Below are positions 33,268-42,800 of a DNA stretch of 50,766 nt, in pieces; the stretch's first letter is position 1; each line of letters starts with the position of its first letter. The notes under the pieces are model-generated. The model made no database searches, had not been told where the DNA came from, and worked only from the letters and a program-made list of their open reading frames with translations. The translations under genes were made by a program, and so were the position numbers. Origin of the DNA: a virus; IMG/VR virus record IMGVR_UViG_3300032001_000008. One strand, 5' to 3'.

Positions 33268-33304
33268 ATGTGGTCGTGTTACATTCCGTGTAATGCGACC
33301 ACAT
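33268..33304 (+). promoter_or_regulatory. Long stem-loop after the capsid gene (mRNA stabiliser or attenuator)
   Basis: ATGTGGTCG-tg-TTACA / ttccg / TGTAA-tg-CGACCACAT. Stems of 9+5 bp. No U-tract. Confidence 0.5.
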
Positions 33305-33334
33305 AATTCCACCTTCAACCTTTAGGAGAATCGA

Positions 33335-34096
33335 ATGGGTAATCGTGCACCTCCGACCCGCTTTGAGTCGGGCCTCAGCACGGACTTTCCGTATGGGCCG
33401 CTGGCGAACTGCGGGATGGTTAATCCTTTCCTGTATCACTTTCTGGCAGATGACTTTGATGGGAGCCTAGGAGCTACGGGTATCTGGGCTATTGTGAAGA
33501 GTAGCACAGGGACTGTGGCGACCACAGCGGGAGATGGAGGGCTGGCGCTGTTCAGCCCTGCCGCGACGGCGACGGACTATGCCTACATGCAGATGCCGTC
33601 GGCTGGGTTCAAGGTCACGTCGAACTACAGTATGTTCTTCCTCTGTCGCTTTACCGTGACAGCGACGACCATGAACAATCCGACGATCTGGCTGGGGCTG
33701 GCGCAGCATCAGGCCTCAGCCACGCCGGCGATCACGGATGGAGTCTACTTCACTAAGGCGAATGGCGCTTCGACTCTCAGCCTGGTAACCAATGTCTCCA
33801 GCACTGCCGTCACCACAGCCGTGCCCTCGAGCACTCTGGTCACAGCGACGAGCTATGATGTAGGGTTTGAGATCACGGACAATGGAGATCTATCGGCTTA
33901 CCTCGGGACGAACCTGGTAGGATTCCAGCCGCAGAGCGGGACGGGATCGGCCGTCGCCACTCGAGGCAAGGTGCTGAGAATCGCTGCGCCGAGCTACCCG
34001 ACGGCGAACCTCAGCCCGATGATCGCCATCCTTGCCGGCGACACCTCCAGCCCCACCCTCACAGTGGACTTCGTGATGGTGGCGAAGGAGAGATAG
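33335..34096 (+). CDS. Virion protein, beta-sandwich-like composition
   Basis: 253-aa ORF, AGGAG SD, T/A/S-rich, ends TLTVDFVMVAKER. Confidence 0.75.
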   Translation: MGNRAPPTRFESGLSTDFPYGPLANCGMVNPFLYHFLADDFDGSLGATGIWAIVKSSTGTVATTAGDGGLALFSPAATATDYAYMQMPSAGFKVTSNYSMFFLCRFTVTATTMNNPTIWLGLAQHQASATPAITDGVYFTKANGASTLSLVTNVSSTAVTTAVPSSTLVTATSYDVGFEITDNGDLSAYLGTNLVGFQPQSGTGSAVATRGKVLRIAAPSYPTANLSPMIAILAGDTSSPTLTVDFVMVAKER

Positions 34097-34480
34097 GTGA
34101 TAGTCCAGGTTGTGAAGGACGGCCAGAAGAATTTCTCTATTCTCATCAAAGGATTGGTGAGGGGAGACTTCGAGGCCACTCCGATCATCAACACAGCCAA
34201 GATCCAGGCGCCGAATCAGGGATGGAAAGGACTCCGCCTTGATTCGGCGCTCTGGCTCGTTCAGGAGAAGATGGGATTGTACCTTTGGTGGAGGAAGCCA
34301 GAGGGAGAGGAAGACCTGGCGTTAGTGATGGAGAGTCGGAATGGGCTTCGCTTTGATGAGGGCCTCCCCTCGCCCCGGGTTGAGAAGGGCTGGGACGGTC
34401 TTATGTACTTGTCGAGCTTCAATCACCAGGGGGGAGGTCCGAAGGGGTTCGTTGTACTCCTGGACTTCGATAAGCAGTAA
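34097..34480 (+). CDS. Hypothetical structural-module protein
   Basis: 127-aa ORF, GTG start adjacent to the upstream stop. Confidence 0.65.
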   Translation: MIVQVVKDGQKNFSILIKGLVRGDFEATPIINTAKIQAPNQGWKGLRLDSALWLVQEKMGLYLWWRKPEGEEDLALVMESRNGLRFDEGLPSPRVEKGWDGLMYLSSFNHQGGGPKGFVVLLDFDKQ

Positions 34481-35208
34481 TGACCACTCCAACAACCGAA
34501 AACACTGCATATTCGATTATTTGCGGAGCTATGTGGCGCGCCTGTCTCATCCCGGAGGGAGATGATCCGACGAGTGAAGAGACGGCGAAGTACCTGAGGA
34601 CCCTCAACCAGGAGGTTAATTTCCTCCAGACTAGAGGAATTAGGCTGTGGCTGCTACAGGATGTGCCAGTGACGTTGGTGGCAGGGCAGAATCTGTATAC
34701 GTTCGGTCCTGCAGGAACGGTGGTGATGGTTAAGCCGATTCAGATAGAGGACCAATACTATCAGTACTCTACTGCGAATGGCGGGACCAGACGGCCGGTG
34801 TTCCGTATCTCCCGTCAGCAGTGGGATATGCTCTCCGTCACCAATCAGCAGGGACCCATCACCCAAGTGTTCGTCGATCCCCAGCAGCATACCCTGAATG
34901 TGAACACCTGGCTGATCCCAGATGTGAATGAGGCGACGGGGACGCTGCATTGTGTGTTTAGGAATCAGGTACAGAATTTTGTAAGTCTGACGGATGAGAT
35001 GAACTTTCCAATAGAGTGGGCGATGTGTCTGGAATGGAGGCTGGCGGCGCAGATTGCTCAGGGGCAGCCCCAGGCGGTTATCAGCCGGTGTGATAGCATG
35101 GCGGCGTTCTTCCTCCAGGCGCTCGAGGAGTGGGATGCGGAGCATGAGACGAGTATCATTCCGCAGCCGGATCAGAGGATGTTTAATCGGAGGAGATACA
35201 GAGGGTGA
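34480..35208 (+). CDS. Probable head-tail adaptor / tail tubular A-like protein
   Basis: 242 aa, TAATG coupling. Call is by position and size only. Confidence 0.6.
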   Translation: MTTPTTENTAYSIICGAMWRACLIPEGDDPTSEETAKYLRTLNQEVNFLQTRGIRLWLLQDVPVTLVAGQNLYTFGPAGTVVMVKPIQIEDQYYQYSTANGGTRRPVFRISRQQWDMLSVTNQQGPITQVFVDPQQHTLNVNTWLIPDVNEATGTLHCVFRNQVQNFVSLTDEMNFPIEWAMCLEWRLAAQIAQGQPQAVISRCDSMAAFFLQALEEWDAEHETSIIPQPDQRMFNRRRYRG

Positions 35209-36668
35209 GTCCTGGCGGGAGCACAGTTGATCGGCCGCTGAGGTGGCCGCTGGTACAGCAGCCGGCGAACCGCTCGGAGAGCTGGCTGAAGGATGCCCGG
35301 CTGGTGAATGCATTTGCGGAGAAGGACCCGAACACGCAGGAGTGGTGGGTGCAGAAGAGGATTGGCTATACCTCGTCCTATAGTGTGGCGAGGGGAACGG
35401 GCCGCGGCATGTATCCCTTCGGATCGTCGGCAGGGAAGGATACCTATTCGATATTCAGCGGGGGATTCCCTACTCCTGTCGCGAGCATGTATAAGAATGG
35501 GACGCTGTTTGGAGTGGATGGAGGGCTGGATGCGGTAGGTACGAATGGAGGGATGTATGCGTTTGTGGAAGATCAAGCTTCCCCAAACCACCTAGTGTTC
35601 GCCAGCCTCACTAACATTTACTATACGACCGGAACGGGAGGTTGGACACAGGCGAGTCTGCCGCCGCATGGGAGTTCGGTGAGGGGACTGGCCTATCTCG
35701 ACCAGACCATCTACTTCATGGATGAGAAGGGGCAGATATTCGGCAGCGCCTTTAATAATCCTGCGAGCTGGAATGCCCTGAACGTAGTGATCGCCAATGC
35801 GAGGTATGGGGTGGGGGTGCAGCTCGTCCAGCAGCTCAACTACGTGATCGCGCTGAAGACGAATAGTATGGAGGTGTTCTACGACCCGGGTACCAACCCT
35901 CCGCCCAGTTCGCCGCTCTCTCCCCTGCCGGGGGCCATCTCCCCCTACGGAGCGGTAGATGGGACGCCGCAGGTTATTGATGATATTCTGATCTATGCTA
36001 CCTCAGATAATACCGTCTCGCCCCAGATGGTGAGGGTGGATAATCTGCAGACGAATATCATCTCCACGCCGGCGATCGAGCGCCTGCTGGATGCCATCCA
36101 GGCAACCCCGAATGTCACTTCGAGCTGGACCTTCAAGCATGGTGGACACAGGTTCTACGGGCTGGCGTTTAAGGTCTTTAACGGTGGGTTCACTATTGTC
36201 TACGATATCGACCAGAATCTCTGGTATCAGTGGACAGACTCCGCCGGCAACCACTGGCCGGTAGTGGCGATGGCTTATGATAATCAATTCAGGCACGTTC
36301 TCCAGGGGGAGATGGACTCGACGGTTTATATCTTTGAAGGAGACTACGAGTTCCCCACTGATAATGGAGTGGTAGCGCCGGTGGAGATAATCACGCCGAA
36401 CGCTGACTTTGGTACGCGCCGGCGAAAGACTCTCCACCGAAAGTACTTCCACTCCGACCAGACCCCCGGCAGTGTGCTGTATGTGAGTAGGTCGGATGAC
36501 GACTACACTTCCTGGAGCGAGCCCCGGCGGGTTGACCTGGGGAAGAAGAATCCACAGATGCGGAACGAGGGCACCTTCACTCGCCGTGCTTACCGTTACA
36601 GGCACGTTTCGCCGACGGCCCTTCGGATCAAGACGGTGGATTTGCAGATGGATATAGGGACGATATGA
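35205..36668 (+). CDS. Probable tail nozzle / tubular B-like (beta-propeller-like) protein
   Basis: 487 aa, GTGA coupling. Call is by position. Confidence 0.6.
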   Translation: MSPGGSTVDRPLRWPLVQQPANRSESWLKDARLVNAFAEKDPNTQEWWVQKRIGYTSSYSVARGTGRGMYPFGSSAGKDTYSIFSGGFPTPVASMYKNGTLFGVDGGLDAVGTNGGMYAFVEDQASPNHLVFASLTNIYYTTGTGGWTQASLPPHGSSVRGLAYLDQTIYFMDEKGQIFGSAFNNPASWNALNVVIANARYGVGVQLVQQLNYVIALKTNSMEVFYDPGTNPPPSSPLSPLPGAISPYGAVDGTPQVIDDILIYATSDNTVSPQMVRVDNLQTNIISTPAIERLLDAIQATPNVTSSWTFKHGGHRFYGLAFKVFNGGFTIVYDIDQNLWYQWTDSAGNHWPVVAMAYDNQFRHVLQGEMDSTVYIFEGDYEFPTDNGVVAPVEIITPNADFGTRRRKTLHRKYFHSDQTPGSVLYVSRSDDDYTSWSEPRRVDLGKKNPQMRNEGTFTRRAYRYRHVSPTALRIKTVDLQMDIGTI

Positions 36669-36868
36669 GCATAGTGCCGAACATCCGCGAGCCGCTAACC
36701 GATAAACAGGGAATAGTTACGACGCGGTGGTGGAGCTGGTTTAACGAGCTGTGGGCTCCTACGCGGTTTAGCGGAACGATCACCACTGCGCCGCTGACCG
36801 GCGGTGGAACCAGCGGGTCGATGATCTTTGTAAATGGGGTGCTGGTTAGCCAGACGCCGGCGACCTAG
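36665..36868 (+). CDS. Small hypothetical virion-module protein
   Basis: 67-aa ORF, ATGA-coupled. Confidence 0.6.
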   Translation: MSIVPNIREPLTDKQGIVTTRWWSWFNELWAPTRFSGTITTAPLTGGGTSGSMIFVNGVLVSQTPAT

Positions 36869-36877
36869 GGGAGAGAA

Positions 36878-38725
36878 ATGTCAGTACCTCCACAATACAT
36901 GCAGCAGCCCACGGGGCAGACGCCTGGAATCTGGGGCGATATCCAAGCAGGCCTGGGCGCGGCGGGCGGCCTGTACGGGATGATTAATAGCATCCAGAAC
37001 CAGGGCACCATCCGCAACTACGTTGGGCAGACCAATCCCTTCGCCCAGTACCGGCCAGGGTATGGGCAGCAGCTGTTGGGGCTGATGCAAGATCCTAGCT
37101 CAATCGCACAGCTGCCTGGTTATCAGTTCATGCTGGGCCAGGGGACGGAAGCAATTAAGCGTGGGGCGGCAGCGCCGGGCGGTCCAGGCTATGGATCGGG
37201 CGCGGAGATGATGGAGCTGGAGAAGTACGGGATAGGACTTGCGGACCAATACAGGATGCAAGAACTCAATATGCTGTCGGGTCTGGCAGGAGCTAATATA
37301 AGCCCGATGGACCCGAGGGCGATCGGCGGGGCGCTGGGAGGCGCGGCGCACGATGTTGGAGCCTCCACAATGGGGTTCCTCAACCCTACCCTGAATCTGC
37401 TCTCCAAGATGTTCCCTGGCTCGGGAGGAGGCGGTGCGCCGGGGGGTGCTCCTGGAGCCCCTCCCACCGACTACGGCGGCATCCCTCCGATCGGCGACCC
37501 TACCCAGATGGTCTGGCAGCCTCCCGCCCCTCCCCCTTACCTAGATGCGAACTGGGGAGGAATCCCCGACACCGGCATCCAAGCTGGCCAGCCCGATTGG
37601 CTCGGCTGGGGAGGAGGGGGAGGTCAGCCAGGCGGCGATTTCGTCAGCACCGACATGGGCGGTGCGGGAGGTGCCGATCTAACCGCTGGGTTGTTTAGTT
37701 TTAAAGGCGCTGGCGGGCAAGCCGCCACCCCCGGAGGGTTCAATACCGGATCGGCGCTCCAGACGGGAAGTGCATTGGCGGGGGTGGGACTGGATCTAGC
37801 ACAGGGCAGACCGGGGGCAGCAGTGCCGAGCGCTCTCGGACTAGCATCAAAGATCCCCGGTCTCGACCCGACGGTTGCTAAGAATCTAGGCCTAGGCGGG
37901 CAAGTCGGTGGAGATGTTCTAGGAATCATCCAAGGGCTGAAGGCGGGAGGGGTATCAGGTTATGGACAAGCAGGGGTTAACGCAGCGAAACTGGGGGTGC
38001 TCGGAGCCAATGCAGGGGGACTTGTTTCCGGAGCAGCTGCCAAAGAACTCACCGGCGCACTTGGCTACGCCGCCGTCCCCCTCGCTCTCTACAACTTTGC
38101 CAAGACCTGGCAATCAGGATCTACTGGAGCTGATGCTCTCAGCGGTGCGTCTACTGGCGCAGCAATCGGGAGTGTCATCCCCGGAGTTGGAACGCTCATT
38201 GGAGCTGGTGTTGGAGCGGCGGTCGGTGCACTGAGTAGCGCCTTCGGGCCGGGAAGGATGGATCCAGAGAATGCCTATTGGAACAACTATGCCGCCGCGT
38301 ACAACAAGAATCCCTCGGCGATACTCGGGGCTACGCCGAGTCAGAACTTCCAGACGCTGGCAGGGATCTTCGACGCCAGAGGATCGAGCCTGCCCTTCTA
38401 CCAGAAGTTCGGCCGGATGGGAGAGACTCGCTTCATGGATGCTATGATGGGGCAGATCAATTCCGCCCTTCGCCAGGGCACCGTCCCCGCCAACGCTACC
38501 CCGGATGTGCTCTTCAACAAGGTTGTCTCCCCCTGGATTAATCAGATGGGTGGGAGCAGGGGCTGGCAGGAGGCCAGGACGAGTGAGGGTGCGCCGACCA
38601 AGGGAGCGATCTCGGCGCTGCTCACCAACCTGATCGGCCAGTGGCAGTCGGGGATGTTCAGCTCGACGAGCCCTCTGGGAATAAAGGGCCAGACGGTCGG
38701 CGGCTTGCCGATCTACGGAGGTTAG
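36878..38725 (+). CDS. Gly-rich internal virion/ejection protein
   Basis: 615 aa with long G/A/P tracts and hydrophobic G-rich segments. Confidence 0.75.
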   Translation: MSVPPQYMQQPTGQTPGIWGDIQAGLGAAGGLYGMINSIQNQGTIRNYVGQTNPFAQYRPGYGQQLLGLMQDPSSIAQLPGYQFMLGQGTEAIKRGAAAPGGPGYGSGAEMMELEKYGIGLADQYRMQELNMLSGLAGANISPMDPRAIGGALGGAAHDVGASTMGFLNPTLNLLSKMFPGSGGGGAPGGAPGAPPTDYGGIPPIGDPTQMVWQPPAPPPYLDANWGGIPDTGIQAGQPDWLGWGGGGGQPGGDFVSTDMGGAGGADLTAGLFSFKGAGGQAATPGGFNTGSALQTGSALAGVGLDLAQGRPGAAVPSALGLASKIPGLDPTVAKNLGLGGQVGGDVLGIIQGLKAGGVSGYGQAGVNAAKLGVLGANAGGLVSGAAAKELTGALGYAAVPLALYNFAKTWQSGSTGADALSGASTGAAIGSVIPGVGTLIGAGVGAAVGALSSAFGPGRMDPENAYWNNYAAAYNKNPSAILGATPSQNFQTLAGIFDARGSSLPFYQKFGRMGETRFMDAMMGQINSALRQGTVPANATPDVLFNKVVSPWINQMGGSRGWQEARTSEGAPTKGAISALLTNLIGQWQSGMFSSTSPLGIKGQTVGGLPIYGG

Positions 38726-38726
38726 T

Positions 38727-39884
38727 ATGCCGGGCTTCGGTTCATTTGCGGAAGGCGCTGCACAACAACAGCTCGATCTCCAGGCGATTCAGCTCGGCCA
38801 GCAGAGGGTCGAGATGGGGAAGTTCCAGCTGCAGGAGGCACCTCTCAAGCTGGAAGAGGAGAAGATGCAGCTGCAGAGGGATAGAATCTCCCTGAATATG
38901 GACATGCGCCGGCTGGCCATGATGCAGAACTTCCAGCCCACTGGCACAGACACGCCGAGCGTCACCAACGATCTAATCCGCTTGGCTCAGATAGACCAGG
39001 CTACTGGCCATTATGATGAGGCCATTAAGGGCTTCAACGCCGCCACTCGGATGATGGGCACGCAGTCGCAGGTTGACTCCCGCGCCTATCGGATTCAGAC
39101 CCAGCAGATCGATCGCTTCGTCAACACCCTGGATGCGGTGCCGAATACCCCGGAGGGGTGGAGACAAGCGCTGACGATGATGATGTCGGAAGATCCTGCG
39201 ATGGCGAGGAACCCGAAGTTCGCTGAGATAAGTCAGAAGCAGTGGACGCCGAGCCTGTTCGCTCAGCTGAAGTCCTCCGCGCTGAGTCAGAAGGATGCGG
39301 CGGAGATCAACTATAGAGAGCAGGCGGCGAAGAACCAGCAAGCCCTCGTGGGGCTGAACACCGCCCGTATCCCTCTGGAGAGGGAACGGATGAAGGTGGA
39401 AGAGGCCCGGCTAGATAAACTGAAGAAGGAGGGCGTGACGACGGCGAAGGCGGGGGATCTGAAGATCATCACCGACCTGGCAGATAGGGATCACGAGGGG
39501 GCGAATGAGGCTGATATCCGGGCTAGGTCGAGAGGGGTGCTGGATGATGGCTATGCTATCATGCGAGCGAACCCTACTCTCACCAAGAATGAGGCGATGG
39601 CTCGGGCTTATCAGCATGCGGAGAAGGGAGGGGTATATGCGGGGATGAAGGCCTCGCCGGTGCTGCCGGGGACCACCTGGGATAAGCCAAAGCCGATCCC
39701 CGGGAGTGGGAAGTTCCAGCCGGGGATGATCTATAAGGATATGCCCCTCACCAAGGATCCAAATGGACCAAAGGCGGATATGGTGCTGATTGGAGATACC
39801 TGGTATACGAAGGAGGAGCTGGAGAATGTGACGGATGAGAATGCGACCTTTGGGAGTGAGGGCGGCGGCGGTGAGGAGGACTGA
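38727..39884 (+). CDS. Internal virion/ejection protein (helical)
   Basis: 385-aa ORF between two other large internal-protein genes. Confidence 0.7.
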   Translation: MPGFGSFAEGAAQQQLDLQAIQLGQQRVEMGKFQLQEAPLKLEEEKMQLQRDRISLNMDMRRLAMMQNFQPTGTDTPSVTNDLIRLAQIDQATGHYDEAIKGFNAATRMMGTQSQVDSRAYRIQTQQIDRFVNTLDAVPNTPEGWRQALTMMMSEDPAMARNPKFAEISQKQWTPSLFAQLKSSALSQKDAAEINYREQAAKNQQALVGLNTARIPLERERMKVEEARLDKLKKEGVTTAKAGDLKIITDLADRDHEGANEADIRARSRGVLDDGYAIMRANPTLTKNEAMARAYQHAEKGGVYAGMKASPVLPGTTWDKPKPIPGSGKFQPGMIYKDMPLTKDPNGPKADMVLIGDTWYTKEELENVTDENATFGSEGGGGEED

Positions 39885-42800
39885 TGCCGATTAGCATGGA
39901 GAATATGCAGGAGGCATTGGGGACGCCTCCACCCCCGGAAGGGAAGCCTCCTGCGCCCGCGGCGAAGCCGGCGGCGAAGAGGGGGATCAGCATGGCGGAT
40001 ATGCAGGCGGCGCTTCCGAAGCCGCCTGAGCAGAAGGGTCTGCTGGAGAAGGTGGAAGAGGTGGGGTCGAGCCTCGCCAAGAGGCTAGCGCCGGTTGGGG
40101 ATCTGGCGAAGCAGGCAGCGAGGATGACGCTGGAGAGGGAAGTGGGGAGGATTGGGGCGATTGCAGAGTCGCCGCTGCTGAAGGGAGAGACCCAGCCGAC
40201 AGTGGACGCGGCGAGGGCTGCCTTCAAACAGGCGGTAGAAGATTATAATGAGAAGTTCACTGATCCGGAGGCAGAGGCGGATCTCCTGCACGGACCGAAG
40301 ACGGCGCTGGCGCTGCTGAATATTGCGGTTGCGCCGATCGTGGAAGGAGGGAGGGCGGCGCTGGTGAGGCCGCTGCAACAGAACCTCGAACGCGCCGCCG
40401 ACCTCGTGGCTCAGGCTGCCACGCCGGACGAGGCGAAGAAGAAGGGGATCGACTGGGCCATCCACAAGCGAGATGTGAAGCAGGCTCTGGACAGTACCAA
40501 CAAGGCGCTGGACTTTGCCTACGATCTGGGAACGATGTTTGTGCCGCTGGGTCCAGGAGGGGAGGCGGCGGCGAGGGTCTCGAGGGAGGCGGCGGCGGTC
40601 AGGGGTGCGCAGCGGGATATGAAGGCAGCCGTTCATGGAGGACCAGAGCCGAAGCCTGTTGACCCGCGGCCTGTGTCGATGGCTGTGGATAAGACGCTCG
40701 GGTTCAAGAATGCGCAGCAGTTTGGAGAGGACCTCAGCAAGGTCAAGCCGGGAGAGGTGAGTACTGTTGGACAGCTGATGGATACCCTAGCTCCGAAGAC
40801 GGAGGGCTATGCGAAGAGCTTCATGGACACCCTGGCGAAGCATGTTGATAGGAATACTTCGGTTGTCTTCAAGGGCGAGAAGGACATGAAGAATGCGTCA
40901 GGGAGCTTCTCTATAGAAGAGAATAAGGTTAGCATGCGAGCTGGTTTGTCCGATATGGTCTCCACCTTCCTCCACGAAACGGTGCACTCGGTTACAGTAG
41001 GGATGCTGAACAAGTTGATAGGGAATGAACTGGACGCTGCGAAAGCTAGACTGGGAAGGCCTTTGCTCGATACGGAAGTGCTGGATACGATCAAGAATCC
41101 TCAGGGGCCGGTGCTGAGGGAACTAGATCAGATCATTGCCGAGGCGAATGTTAGAGCACAGAAGGCAGGAAGGGAGAATGACTTTTACGCCCTGCGTGCG
41201 TATGGAAAGACAGCTAAATCTTATCAAGCAGGACGAATCTCCCCCACTGTAGGAGAGAGGGCCTTCCATCGGATGGGCTTCCGTTATGAGTTTATAGCTG
41301 AGGTGTTCACCAACCCGCAGTTCCAGGAGTTCCTAGCGAACTCGGAGAAGTACGCGTCGAAGACCTATAAGTTTAAGAACATGCTGAATCAGCTAGGACT
41401 GATGATTGGGAAGCATCTGGGTCTGGCCAAGCCGCAGGAGCTGCAGCTGCTGAATCAGTCGATGCGGGTGGGGAGTCAGTTGATGGCCCTGCACTCAGCG
41501 GAGAAGCCTCCCCCGCACTGGATCGGGGCGACGATCGTAGCGAAGGATGCGGAGGGGGTGGTTACCTCGAGAGAGCTGGAGGCGACGAGGCTGATCAAGC
41601 CGGGAGAGGTGAAGAGGGCGAAGACGGATTTGCAGATATCCATCCAGCAGCTGATCCGGGCGGTGAATCCGGAGGCGTTGAGCGGGGAGGCGAAGCTAGG
41701 GGGAGCGGTGATTGCGAGTCGGCTGACTGAGTACGAGCAGAAGCTCGCTCAGGCTGCCTATGGCTCCCGCAAGCGGTTGAGGTTCTGGAGGGCGAGGCCG
41801 GATAAGGTGGCAGAGTTCCTGGAGACGCATGAGACGGGTGGGAGCTTTAAAGAGCGCTTCATGCAGGCGATCTCTGACAGATACGAGAGCTGGGTGAAGG
41901 ATCTGGCGAAGAGGGATAAGGCGCAGGGGTTCGACTACGAGCCGAGGGATCATTATATCTATCACGCCTTTGAGGATCAAGAGGGGGTGGCGGCGCACTT
42001 TACCAAGAAATATGGGAGTAAGTGGCTGGACCCGGACTTCACCAAGGAGAGGACTTTTGATCTGTATAAGGAAGCTGTAGATGCCGGGTTCGTGCCTAAG
42101 TACGATAACCCGGAAGAGATCATGCTGGTTAGGGATCAGGCCACGGCGGCGGCTGAGATGAGGATGGGGATACTGAATGATCTGGCGAGCCACGGGCTGG
42201 CGACGAGGAAGATCGCTGCGAAGGAGGAATTCATCCCGGTGACCGACGCAGAGGGGAAGGTTCACTGGGAGGTGAAGAGGACGGAGGGGACGACCCAGCC
42301 GCCGGGAACTACCCAGGTGAGAGCGCCCACCGGCGACATGTTCTGGGTGAATAATGATGTGCATCAGGTGCTGAGCAACGCCCTGTTCTCTAAGAGCCTC
42401 TGGGAGATGAAAGGACTGACGGGGAGAGGGTTCCGCGGGGCAATGGCGCTGAAGAACGCCATGGTGCCGGTACGGCTGGCACTCAGCCTGTTCCATCCCC
42501 TCCACGTGGCAGGGATCGACATGGCTACAGGGATGACGAGGGCGTCGGCGGAGATGCTCTCGGGGGAGATCGACCCGGTGCGCTGGGCAGGGAAGATGCT
42601 GGCCTCGGGGTTCAACCCGATTATGGAGACGATCAATATCCCACTGGGTAGAGGAGGCTGGCGAGTGGTGAAGGCGTTCACAGGAAAGATACCGAAGGAA
42701 GCGCTGTCGGATGCCGACGCTCAAGCTCTCAAGACGCTGATGGAGATGGGGATAACGCCGGAGATGTCAGCGATCTACCGAACGAACGCGAGGAAGAATT

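Noticed and set aside
41696-42724. 342-aa minus-strand ORF inside the 1415-aa gene
   Set aside because: Antisense shadow with R/P/H/L-rich composition.
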